This document shows positions 11,879 to 22,762 of a stretch of 64,000 nucleotides of DNA, piece after piece. Position 1 is the stretch's first letter, and each line of letters opens with the position of its first letter. The notes beneath the pieces are model-generated. The model was not told where the DNA came from, did no database searches, and saw nothing but the letters and a program-made list of their open reading frames with translations. A program made the position numbers and the translations under genes. The stretch comes from Mobula hypostoma (Eukaryota). Location: contig NC_086097.1 in NCBI RefSeq assembly GCF_963921235.1, positions 224,690,001 to 224,754,000 of the forward strand. The letters are read 5' to 3'.

Positions 11879-12375
11879 GTTCAAAGATTCAAGGATTCAT
11901 TTATTATCAAAGTATGTACGGTACTCCCATACTGCTTGGAGATTCGCCTTCTTCAGATAGCCATGGAACAAAGAAAGAACATGAAAGTCAGAGAAACATC
12001 AATCCACACCCCACCTGCACATAAAAGAATGTCATCCTGATCATCAACCCCTCAAACCCTCCTCCCCCACTCAAAATGCAAAAAGATTATCGACCCTCAA
12101 ACTTCCCACTCCCTGCACAAAAAAACTAACAAAACGCAAGAACATCAACCCCCAAAATCCTCACAAAGAAATGGGCGAAAAGCGCAGAATATATAAATCA
12201 TGAGTCTGAAAAAGTCCACATTCCATAAACACAATAGTCCAATCCATAATGTAGAACCGTGGTACCATCCTCCTTCATCTTCCAAAGAAAGGGACAAGAA
12301 CTCAGAGAGGCCTACCCACCTGCCACAGCAAGCCACCCAGTGATAGGGCACTCACAGATATCTTCTCTGGCAGTG
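11879..12375 (-). mobile_element. LINE-type 3' tail or non-autonomous retroelement fragment
   Basis: Minus strand ends in TTTGATAATAAATGAATCCTTGAATCTTTGAA, the same tail type as at 60612. Confidence 0.45.
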
Positions 12376-12383
12376 ATCAAAAG

Positions 12384-13149
12384 CAGGGGTCCCCAACCTT
12401 TTTTGCACCGTGGACCGGTTTAATATTGACAATATTCTTGCGGACCAGCCGACCCGGGGGGTGGGTGGGTGGTGTAAGTAGGTTTAAGCTCACCTCAACA
12501 TGTCTTTTACAGTTAGGGTTGCCAACTTTCTCACTCCCAAATAAGGGACAAAAGTAGCAGTCAAATCCCGGGATACTTTACCCCTGGAGACTACCATGAC
12601 CATGAAACCTTGCGCGGGCACCTGTGTGCGCATGCGTGACATGTGTGACATGCGCGTACGTGCTGATTTTTTCACCACAAAGCGGTTTTGCCTTCATCTT
12701 CCCGACTATACTGTACAAACATTATTTCTACTTTATGTAGGCTGTGTATTTATCATATCATTCCTGCTTTTACTATATGTTACTGTTACTTATTTTCGAT
12801 TTTATGTGTTATTTGGTATGATTTGTTAGGTTATTTTTTGGATCTGGGAATGCTCAGAAAATTTTCCCATATAAATTAATGGTAATTGCTTCACTTTACA
12901 CCATTTCAGCATGAAAAGTTTCATAGGAACGCACTACCTTAGCAGGGAAAATACGGAACAAACCAATTTAGCCCAATATACATGATGTCCCGGCAAATAC
13001 TGGACAGTTGGCAACCCTATGTTCAAGTTCAACAGTGCGTGACAGGGAATGAGGAAAGGTGCAGCTGACTCATATCGTTTCCTCACGGCCCGGTAGCACA
13101 TGCTCTGTGGCCCGGTACCGGTCCGCGGTCCAGTGGTTGGGGACCACTG
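12384..13149. mobile_element. Non-autonomous hAT (Charlie-like) DNA transposon
   Basis: TIRs CAGGGGTCCCCAACC / GGTTGGGGACCACTG. Perfect 8-bp TSD ATCAAAAG (12376-12383 and 13150-13157). Confidence 0.9.
12514..13019. mobile_element. Second hAT-type MITE nested in the first
   Basis: TIRs TAGGGTTGCCAACT (12514) / AGTTGGCAACCCTA (ends 13019). TSD unclear. Confidence 0.7.
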
Positions 13150-13515
13150 ATCAAAAGGAATAAAGTCTGTGCTGAACTCTGAAGTACTATATTGAAGTGA
13201 GACTACACCAAAATTAATTTCACTTGGAGTATATTGCATTGATGATGTTTTCCAGGTGAAGTCGCACCCAAGGGAGGCATCAGTTAGGGAAGCATAAGAA
13301 GACCGGGACCTGCCTGCTGGTAGTTCTGTGGATTGAGTATGCAACAATCTGCAGGCACTCAGACGTCCCCACCATTCTGTTAGCATTCAGATCACAAGTA
13401 CACCTCAGATGATGAGGTTTTGGTTCTGCTTCCTTCAATCTTAGCTGCAGAATTCACCTCGCAGGTGAAGCAGGTTGTATGACTATTCAATTCCTGCATT
13501 CTGCACCTCACACCC

Positions 13516-13852
13516 TGATAGAGGTATACAAGATGATAAGAGACACAGATCAAATGGATAGCCAGAGACTTTTGCCCAGGGTGGAAATGGCAAATACAAG
13601 GGGGTATAATTTTAAATGTGATTGGAGGAAAGTATAGGCGATGACGTCAGATGCAAATTCTTACACAGAGAGTGGTGGGTGCAGATGCATTAGGGACATT
13701 TACAAATCTCTTAGATAGGCAGCTAGATGATAGAAAATGGAGGGTTATGTAGGACGGAAGGATTAGGTTTTGATCTCAGAGTAGGTTAAAGGGTTGGCAC
13801 AACATTGTGGGCTGAATGGCCTGTACTGTACTGTAATATTCTATTTTCTATT
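13516..13852 (+). mobile_element. CR1 LINE 3' fragment
   Basis: CTGATAGAGGTATACAAGATG… through a CR1 3' UTR with a TTCTAT tail. Confidence 0.8.
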
Positions 13853-14412
13853 TTTGGTTCTGCAGGTAAGTGGTTTGTTCACACATGGAATTTTTCTGCT
13901 GATAGGCTGAATCTCTTAGTTCAAGCACAGCTGTAAACCTCTTTCCTTTGCTCATTAAAGCAGTAACCTGCTCATGAGACAATCCCAGTATCCAATGAGT
14001 ATAGCAATATGATCACAGTGGCATTTCCTTGCTCAGAGAAGACATCAAACTTCTCCATGGCAGAGATCACACATCTATCTTGATGTCCACCTGGTTCCAC
14101 AGAAGCAGTAAGTCTCTGTGTGGGCAGCTTCCCCCGAGGCAGGGACTCCAGCAGAGTGGTGTGCACAGCCACCAGAAATGAGACCAGTGTCACTTGCGTT
14201 GCCAATGCTTCCTGAGACAGCCAGGAAATGGGCTCCTCCCTGCTTGCTGTCATATTCTTTACTCAGTGACACATACCCAACAATTCACCAACCATTTTGA
14301 TACATGTCCATGTAAGCTTTGTCACAACAGCATCCCAGTCACAATCCTGATCCAAGTCCCGTCCCTGGGAGAATTTGGATCCCAGCTCTGGTGAGCCACC
14401 ACATCATGTTCC

Positions 14413-14750
14413 AGTTCAAGTTTATTGTCATCTGAATGTACATGCATACAACCAAATGAAACAACGTTCCTCCAGACTATGGTGCACCCACAATGCATCT
14501 AACACACCCAGCACATAAACCAAAATATTACCACAAATAAGTTAATACAATATAGTAAAGAGTAAGCAGCTTGAATCCTCGTGAGAAGTCCTTGGTGGTG
14601 GCAGGGTATTCATTAGTCCCAGAGCCTGGGGGAAGAGGCTCTTACCTAGTCTGGCAGTCCTGGTCCTGATGCTCCTATACCTTCTTCCTGATGGTGGTGG
14701 GATGGGTGGCCGGGATCCTCAACAATACTTTTGGTCCTTCATATACAACT
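14413..14750 (-). mobile_element. Rex1/Babar-type LINE 3' fragment
   Basis: Minus strand encodes PSGRRYRSIRTRTARLGKSLFPQALGLMN, followed by an AATAAACTTGAAC tail. Confidence 0.7.
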
Positions 14751-14820
14751 TCCTTGAGTCTGGTGCTAGGATGCATTCTGCAGGCGTCTAGCCTAACTCC
14801 CTGTAAGTCATTTTGTATAT

Positions 14821-15082
14821 CCATAAGACCATATGGTATAGGAGTAGAATAAGGCCATTTGGCCCATCAAATCTGCTCCACCATTCCATCGTGGCTGATT
14901 TCTTATCCCTCACAAACTCATTCTTCTGCCTTTACCCCGTAACCTTTGACACCCTTACTAAATGAGAACCCATCAACCTCTGCTTTAAACAGCCCCAATG
15001 ACTTAGCCTCCACACCCATCTGTGGCAATAATTTTCACAATTTACCTCCCTCTGGCTAAAGAAATCCCTCCTTATCTCTGCT
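14821..15082 (-). mobile_element. CR1 LINE 3' UTR fragment
   Basis: Reverse complement of the CR1 3' end seen at 3040-3267 and 37480-37678. Confidence 0.75.
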
Positions 15083-16775
15083 CATCCATCATAGAGGGAA
15101 GTGGTGCAGGATGTGGAGGGGGCAGCTGCTGTCCAGTCCAATGGTTCACTGATCATCGTTATCAGCAAAGCCTTTGTCCCCCCTGCTGTCGCTGCTCCTA
15201 CTGTTCTGCTTTCTCACTGGGCCATTCTTTTTGACTAACCTTATAACCTTTTCCGGGGAGGCGAATGAGTATGAGAATTAATGATAAATGAAACTTCTGG
15301 GTGCCTGCGTATATTTTATTTAAAGACCATGCATATTATATAGGTTCCTTATGCACATTGTGGGTCTGTTTGGCTAAGACCAGCTTGGATAGAAATTATC
15401 CTTGCTAAACATTTAAAATTTAGTATTTAAAAGATGGGACTGAATTTCAGAAATGGAAAATTTAAATTTATAAAAACTAGTTCAATTAGCTCATAGGACC
15501 AATGATGTATTTCTGTACATAGTGTGTAAACAAATTAGAGTTCAAATGCTATTTCCTATGTAGTGGAAAAAATTCTGTATGACTCATCTCCCACCTCCCC
15601 TTAACCACCCAGCCCCTTCAGGGTTTACTATTAGAAGTGTTAGAGAGTGCTGAATTGGTACATTTGCATGGTATTACTATGCTTTTATTCATTTCCTGGC
15701 TCTGGATATTGGATGCAAGACTGAGATTCATTCCCTATATCCAACTGCCCAGTGCAGATGTGGACACAACTGTAACTGCATTTAGACTTCACTGAAAACA
15801 GGAAACATCAGCAGTTAATTGACATTAACGACATTCACAGAGAAACTTAATCATTTTTCTTTACTGATGCAAGCCTTTTGTTTCTAAATTGTCTTCTTGA
15901 ATTCAAGTTCCCAAAAGGCTACTCTGTCTGATAGGAATATTATTGTATCCCATGTACCCAGCATTGTTATAATGCTTAAATATTCGAATGATTTCAGAGG
16001 CTAGATGTTTAGAAAGAGTAAGGATAGGCAAGCCTATCTTCATGGCAGGGCTTGACCCTTTAGGAGACGATTAGCAGGCTGATTCTACAGGCAAGTATGG
16101 TAGAAATCTGGCATTGCCTCGCCCTGTATGTAGCAGATGCTTCAATAGCTGCGCATTTCAGAATTAGAACCAGGTTTAACAGCACCAGCATATGTCGTGA
16201 AATTTGTTGACTTTGCAACAGCAGTATAATGCAATACATAATAATAGAGAAAACAATGAATTAACTATATTAAATGGTTAAATTAAATAAGTAATGAAAA
16301 CATAGAAATTAAATGAATAGTGAGGTAGTGTTCATGGGTTCAATGTCCATTCGGAAGTCAGATGGCAGAGGGGAAGAAGCTGAGTTTTTTTTGCAAAGTT
16401 CAATTTTCCCCAGTTTTGAAGAAAAGCCATTGTCCCAAAATATTGATTCTGTTTCTCCTCCCAAATACTGCTTTGATTTGCTGAGTATTTCCTGCTTTTT
16501 TTTGTGTTTGCATCAGTAGATTGTTATAGGCAAGGTAATCAAGAACTGCAGTGCTGAAGTGAAATGTGGGGCTGAGGTATTGATTTTGCCCTTTATGTTT
16601 GATATTGCCTCTTTCCAGCATGGAGATGTACTTCAAGAAAATCTGATGATTTTAATGATTAACATGGTGTACTACACCAGTGAATTGAAACCTTTTTATT
16701 ACAGTTTATATGCAGTACATAACTCATAATTTGTCTCTGCGAAGCCTTGTTTCTATTTCGCAATATAATCCCTCA

Positions 16776-17027
16776 GGAGCACAGTAGCATAGTGGTTAGC
16801 ACAATGCTTTACAGTTAAATTCCCACTGCTGCCTGTAAGGAGTTTGTACGTTCTCCCTGCGGACTACGTGGGTTTCCGTGTGGTGCTCCAGTTTCTTCCC
16901 ACAGTCCAAAGACATACTGGTTGGTAGGGTAATTGATTATTGTAAATCATCCCTGATTAGGTAAGGGTTAAATTGGGGGTGGGGTGGGATTGAAGGGCCT
17001 ATTCCTTGCTGTATCTCAATAAATAAA
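16776..17027 (+). mobile_element. tRNA-derived V-SINE (HE1-like)
   Basis: Same head, V-domain and TGTATCTCAATAAATAAA tail as 10340-10625. Confidence 0.8.
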
Positions 17028-17518
17028 CAAACTAATTCTGCAGATTGTTTAATAACCTAGATGTGAATGTCATAGGTTTGACTGGCAAGTCCACATATGG
17101 CACAATGATTGGCAGTATTGTGATTATAGAGGAAAATAGTATTTGGCTACACAGTGATACTGTTCAGTCAGTCAGATGTGCAGAGAAATGACAGATGGAA
17201 TTTAATATTAAAAATTTACACTTTGTTCTTATTAATAAGGTTTGCGAATGGTAGAGCCGCATGAAGCAATAAGCAACAGTGGTAACGTGACATGCTGAAG
17301 AGCCTATTACTGTGCTGTTCACTGTTACATGCTCTTGTTTTACATAACAATCCCTGCATAGGTAGACAAGGTGATTAAGGGGGCATAAGAGATATCTGCA
17401 TTAAACAGCTGGGCATAGATTATAAGCGTAGGAAATTTGTGGTACAAGTGCAGGTAATTTTTGGTCCAATTATATACTAGTTGAGGTGTAAATGGAGTAA
17501 TATTTGTAGTTCTGGCCA

Positions 17519-18632
17519 TTGAGCACATCTACATGAAACACTGTTGTAGGAAAGCAGCATCCATCATCAATGATCCTCACCACGCAGACCATGCTCTTTT
17601 CTCCCTGCTGCCATCAGGTAGAAGGAACAGATGCCTTAGGACTCACACCACCAGGTTCAAGAACTGCAGGATACTTGGTAGTGTGGAGGAGCACAGGGAT
17701 CTGGGGGTACATGTCCACAGATCCCTGAAAGTTGCCTCACAGGTAGTTAGGGTAGTTAAGAAAGCTTATGGGGTGTTAGCTTTCATAAGTCGAGGGATAG
17801 AGTTTAAGAGTCGCGATGTAATGATGCAGCTCTATAAAACTCTGGTTAGGCCACACTTGGAGTACTGTGTCCAGTTCTGGTCGCCTCACTATAGGAAGGA
17901 TGTGGAAGCATTGGAAAGGGTACAGAGGAGATTTACCAGGATGCTGCCTGGTTTAGAATGTATGCATTATGATCAGAGATTAAAGGAGCTAGGGCTTTAC
18001 TCTTTGGAGAGAAGGAGGATGAGAGGAGACATGATAGAGGTGTACAAGATAATAAGAGGAATAGATAGAGTGGATAGCCAGCACTTCTTCCCCAGGGCAC
18101 CACTGCTCAATACAAGAGGACATGGCTTTATGGTAAGGGGTGGGAAGTTCAAGGGGGATATTAGAAGGTTTCTTACTCAGAGAGTGGTTGGTGCATGGAA
18201 TGCACTGCCTGAGTCAGTGGTGGAGGCAGACACACTAGTGAAGTTTAAGAGACTATTAGACAGGTATATGGAGGAATTTAAGGTGGGGGTTTATATGGGA
18301 GACCGGGTTTGAGGGTCAGCACAACATCTATGTTCCAAGAACAGTTACTACCCTTCAACCAACAGGCTCTAGAACAAAAGGGGATAACTTCACTCACTTG
18401 CCTATTCACTGAGATGTTCTCACAATGATCTCACTTCTTTAAGGACCATCTTGTTAATTCATGTTCTTGTTATTTATTAGTATCTATATTAGCATTTGCA
18501 CCATGTGTTGTCTTCTGGTTGATCTTTCATTGATCCTGGTATAGTTACTATTCTGTGGGCATACTCAGCAAATCTATTGAAAAATAAATCTCAGGGTTGT
18601 ATGTGGTGACATATATGTTTACTTGAACTTTG
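17519..18632 (+). mobile_element. Rex1/Babar-type LINE 3' fragment, split by CR1 17665-18335
   Basis: CCRKAASIINDPHHADHALFSLLPSGRR…TTRFKN continues as AGTTACTACCCTTCAACC after 18342. Ends in a TTGAACTTTG tail. Confidence 0.8.
17665..18335 (+). mobile_element. Young CR1 LINE 3' fragment
   Basis: Open CR1 ORF2 C-terminus (RDLGVHV…YKTLVRPHLEYCVQFWSP…). TSD CAAGAAC at 17658-17664 and 18336-18342. Confidence 0.92.
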
Positions 18633-19264
18633 AGCTTGGTCACATTATAGGAGAGACATGATTACACTAGAGTGAGTGTGAAGGAGCTTCACAGGGATGG
18701 AGACTGAGCTGTGAGGAGTGAACATTTAGGCTAGTTTTGTTTTCCCTGGGGTGAAAAAGGCTATGAGGAAACTTAATTGAGGAATGTAAAGTTATAAGGG
18801 GCATAAAAAGGGTATACATTAAGAAACTTCTCCCCTCACTCTCTGTGACTGGAAGCCAAAGGTTTAAGAAAAGGGGATCCAACAAAGAATTCTTTCATTG
18901 AGAGGGTGGCTGAGATCTGGAACTCACTGAGTGTGTGGTAGATGCAGATACTCTCACAGCATGTATGAAGAATTTAGATGAGGCTGAAATGCTAAATCAG
19001 AAGAGGCTGGGTGCTGGTAAATCGGATGTCTACTGTAGATGGGTACTTGATGAGATGTTCACATTGGACTGAAAGGCAGGCTACCATGCTGTATGAAATT
19101 AGTGTTAAGAAGTTGAACTTGAACAATTAGTAAAGGACACAGAAGGTGTTGGAGGAAAGGTTTTTTTTTAAAAAAAAAAATGACAAATGGGTAAATATTT
19201 TCACCAATGGTCTCCTGGTCTCTTAGTTCTGTTTCCATGGGAAAACAGCACAAAATTCAAATTT

Positions 19265-19496
19265 GGGCAGCATGGTGGTGTTGCAGTTAGCGCAACACTG
19301 TTACTGTGACAGCAACCCCAGTTCAGTTCTGGCACTGTCTATAAGAATTTTGTACGTTTTCCCTGTGACCACATTGTTTCCTCCCACATTTCAAAGACAT
19401 ACAGCTTAGTAGGTTAATTGGTCACATGAATGTTTGCAGGCCCGTTGGGTCAGAAGAGACTGTCACCGTGCTTCACCTCAAATTGAAAAATAAAAA
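19265..19496 (+). mobile_element. tRNA-derived V-SINE (degenerate)
   Basis: GGGCAGCATGGTGG…GTTAGC head; TTTGTACGTTTTCCCTGTGACC…TTTCCTCCCACATTTCAAAGAC. Confidence 0.7.
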
Positions 19497-19648
19497 CCTT
19501 AGAAGCTCACATTCAGTATGTCCATCAGAAAATGTATCTGGTAGGCATGCCATTGGACTAACCTTACTAAGCTGCCATCTAACATAGCAAAGGGTCAATT
19601 GTACAGCCCAATTCAACTTCCACTGAGATTAGCAAATTCTCAACCCCT

Positions 19649-19822
19649 CTACAATATTTACAAGATTGGGTTTCAAAATTTACAGAGATCTGTTGTGTGC
19701 AGGACAATATTGCTCTGATAACGATTCACTCCTTACCCTCAGCTGGCTGCTGAGCATCTGCAGAGAGAGGAGAGGAGGAAGTGAGGGAGGTTGAAGAGGA
19801 GGAAGAAATGGAAGAGGAGTAA
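19649..19822 (+). pseudogene. Probable PIF/Harbinger transposase C-terminal fossil
   Basis: Manual translation LQYLQDWVSKFTEICCVQDNIAL…*…EEEVREVEEEEEMEEE* resembles the Harbinger LQY-P--V--I---CC-LHNI motif plus an acidic tail. Confidence 0.5.
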
Positions 19823-20740
19823 GATTGGAGGCAACATACAGTCCCTCTCTTGAAGAGTTGTTTGTGAAGAACTAATCCTGCTGTGAAACCAATCAAGACA
19901 ACCACAAATCCCCAATCCACCAAAATCCACACTAACTTTCCCTCTATCTCTAACCATCACGGCATTTTCTCGACCACGAAGTACAAGCCAGTGCAAAATA
20001 AACAATCCTATTCAAAGCAACTTTTTAGATTAAACCGTGTCAAATGCCAAACAAACAAAGCACCCTTGAGCATTCCCTCAGACTCTGCCCTCCATGTGCC
20101 TTTGCTTTCTTAACCCTTCTACGCAGAAGCACGACTGTGGCTACAGACAAAGTGGTTGAAGGCAGCAGATGGTCTTGTGGAATGACCCAAAGCAGCAAGG
20201 AGTAGCTTTGGTCTGCACTTTCTTACCATAAGCAGCATCAGTCAGGGAGGGCTGGCCGATGGGAGACAGCAAGCAAGTTGGAGAACAGCAGCTTTGGGTT
20301 ATGAAGGTCACCATCCTGATAAAAGAGAGCAGATTCAAACTCTGAGATCCACTAACAATCACGGTGACAGATGTTCCAGTAACCATTGCCATCTTTTTGT
20401 TGGCAAAAGTACAGGATAGCTGTAAGGTGGTGCAAGTTCCTCAAATGACTTGCATCTGCCAACATCATGGCAACAGGTCAAGTTACCCCTACCATCGACA
20501 AATGCTGGAAGTCTTTTGCTTTCTCTCTAACTGAAGAGAGGACTCTGGCTATCAACAGCTGCATTTCAATTAGCTCCAAATTTATTCTCATTGCTGTTGA
20601 CTTTCACTGTCTATGCAAAATACTGTGGAAAATCCGTACTAGATATCTTCATTGGCTGTATTCTGTGGACGTCCTCATTAAAGTGTTCATTTGAGTTCTA
20701 TGCACCATGTGAGATTTCAGGGAGCAGACTTATACAAGTC

Positions 20741-21007
20741 ATTTATTATTGAGATTCAGCGCAGAATAGGCCCATCGAGCCACACCACCCAGCAACCCCC
20801 AACTTAATCTTAGCCCAATCATTGAACAATTTATAATGACCAATTAAGCCAGTACATCTGTGGACTGTGCGAGGAAACCAGAGCACCCAGAGGAAACCCT
20901 GGCGGTCATGGTGAGAATTTAAACTCCTTACAGGCAATGGCAGGAATTGAACCCGTGTCATCTGTACTGCAAAGCGTTGTGCTGACCACTGTGCTATCGT
21001 GCCAGCC
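20741..21007 (-). mobile_element. tRNA-derived V-SINE (HE1-like)
   Basis: Reverse complement of the 10340 SINE, with B box GGGTTCAATTCC and the V-domain. Confidence 0.85.
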
Positions 21008-21749
21008 CTTGTCCTAGCTGTAGGCCACTCATGCCCAATGTCTTACCGTTTGCAAGTCTGGGATTTAACTTAACATTTTGGTATCTGGCTGGGAATGTTG
21101 CATTCAGTGAAGCTGGGTCTCCACTTATACTCTTGTGTCTTTTTTCATCACTCTCTGGGTTGACCACAGGCCTTGGCTGTTGGAGAGAAGGGAAATGAGG
21201 CGAGATACCACAGTGCATTTTTATCATCCGCATCTTGTAAAACTAGAACAGTTAGACGAGAAGGAAACAGATTAAACTTCATATCATTGACATGGTTTCA
21301 GGCCCATCACTAAAACACATCTTTAAGCATGACTTGCTCTGCGTCAGTAAGAAGGAGTTATGTGCCTCTTCCCTGATGACTCACTTGTAACACCAGAAGT
21401 TATGTATGTCCAGTCAGTGAAAGGGGAATTTTCTTTTTTAATAAAATGTGTGCCTCAATATGGCAACCATATTGAAGACCTGACAATGGGAGCAAGCAGT
21501 GAAATCTGAATGAGAAGTTGGATATGAATAATAGAGGGGTGCGTGCAGGTACAGTGCCTAGAAAAATTATTCAACCCCTTTAGAAGTTTTCATGTTTTAT
21601 AACACGGAATCACAGAGAATTTAATTTGGCTTTTTTGACACTGATCAACAGAAAAGACTTATGTCAACAAATTCCTACAAATTGGTCTAAATTATTTTGT
21701 GTTTAATAATTGTAATCAATTAACTGCATAATTACTCACCCCCTTCAAG

Positions 21750-22762
21750 TCAGTATTTGGTAGATGCACCTTTGGCAGCAATATCAGCCCTGAGTCTGCC
21801 TCGATCAGCTTTGCACATCTGGATACTGAGATTTTTTTCCCCCATTCTTTACAAGACTACTCAAGCTCTGTCAGATTGTATGGGGATCATGAGTGATGAG
21901 CTCTTTTCAAGTTCAGCCACAAATTCTCAATTGAATTGAGGTCTGGACTCTGTCTTGGTCACTCCAGGACATTAACTTTGTTGTTCTGAAGCCATTTCTA
22001 TGTAGCTTTGGCTTTATGCATGGGGTTATTGTCTTGCTGAAAAAGAAATCTTCTCCCAAGTCACAGTTCTCTTGCAGACTGCATTAGGTTTTCCTGCAAG
22101 ATTCCCCTGTACTTTGCTGCATTCATTTTACCCTCTACCTTCACAAGCCTTCCAGGGCCTATTGCAGTGAAGCATCCCCACAGCATGATTCGGCTACCAG
22201 CATACTTCACGGTAGGGATGATGTGTTTTTGATGATGTGCAGTGTTTGGCTTATGCCAAACATAACATTTAGTCTAATGGCCAAAATGCTCAACTTTGGT
22301 TTCATCAGACCATAGAACCTTCTTCCAACTGACTTTAGAGTCTGCCACATGCCTTCTGGCAAACTTTAGCCAAGACTTTTTGTGAGCTTCCCCACCCAAA
22401 CCCCCCAACAGTGGCTTTTTCTTTGCCACATTAACATAAAGCTGCAACCAGTGAAGCACCTGGGCAGCAGTTGTATGCACAGGCTCTCCCATCTCAGCCA
22501 TGAAGGTTGCAACTCCTCCAGACTTGTCATAGGTCTCTTGGTAGCCTCGGTCACTAGTTTCCTTTTTGCACATCACTCAGTTTTTGAGGACAGCCTGCTC
22601 TAGGCAGATTTACAACTGTGCCATATTCTTTCCATTTCTTGATGATTGACTTAGCTGTGCTCCAAGGGATATTCAGTGACTTGGAAATGTTCTTGTATCT
22701 CCTGACTTGTGCTTTTCAATAACCTTTTCGCAGAGTTGCTTGGACTATTCTTTTGTCTTCAC
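21750..22762 (-). pseudogene. Tc1 DDE transposase pseudogene
   Basis: Fragments WKKVLWSDETKVEHFG, IMLWGCF, FQQDNNPMHKAK and PDLNSIENLW; multiple stops and frameshifts. Confidence 0.88.

Larger units (their letters stand above)
17040..19097 (+). mobile_element. Old degenerate CR1 LINE, split by the 17519-18632 insertion
   Basis: Decayed RT-region sequence before 17518 resumes at about 18636 (TGGTCACATTATAGG…) and runs through the CR1 3' UTR. Confidence 0.6.

Noticed and set aside
13972..14394. GC-balanced, coding-looking ORF cluster
   Set aside because: No recognisable domain or convincing splice sites. It may be an ancient TE remnant, but I cannot support a call.
16405..16517. Further hammerhead-bearing PLE ends (also about 62603-62735)
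   Set aside because: They resemble PLE termini, but the CUGANGA/GAAA boxes are too decayed to call ribozymes.
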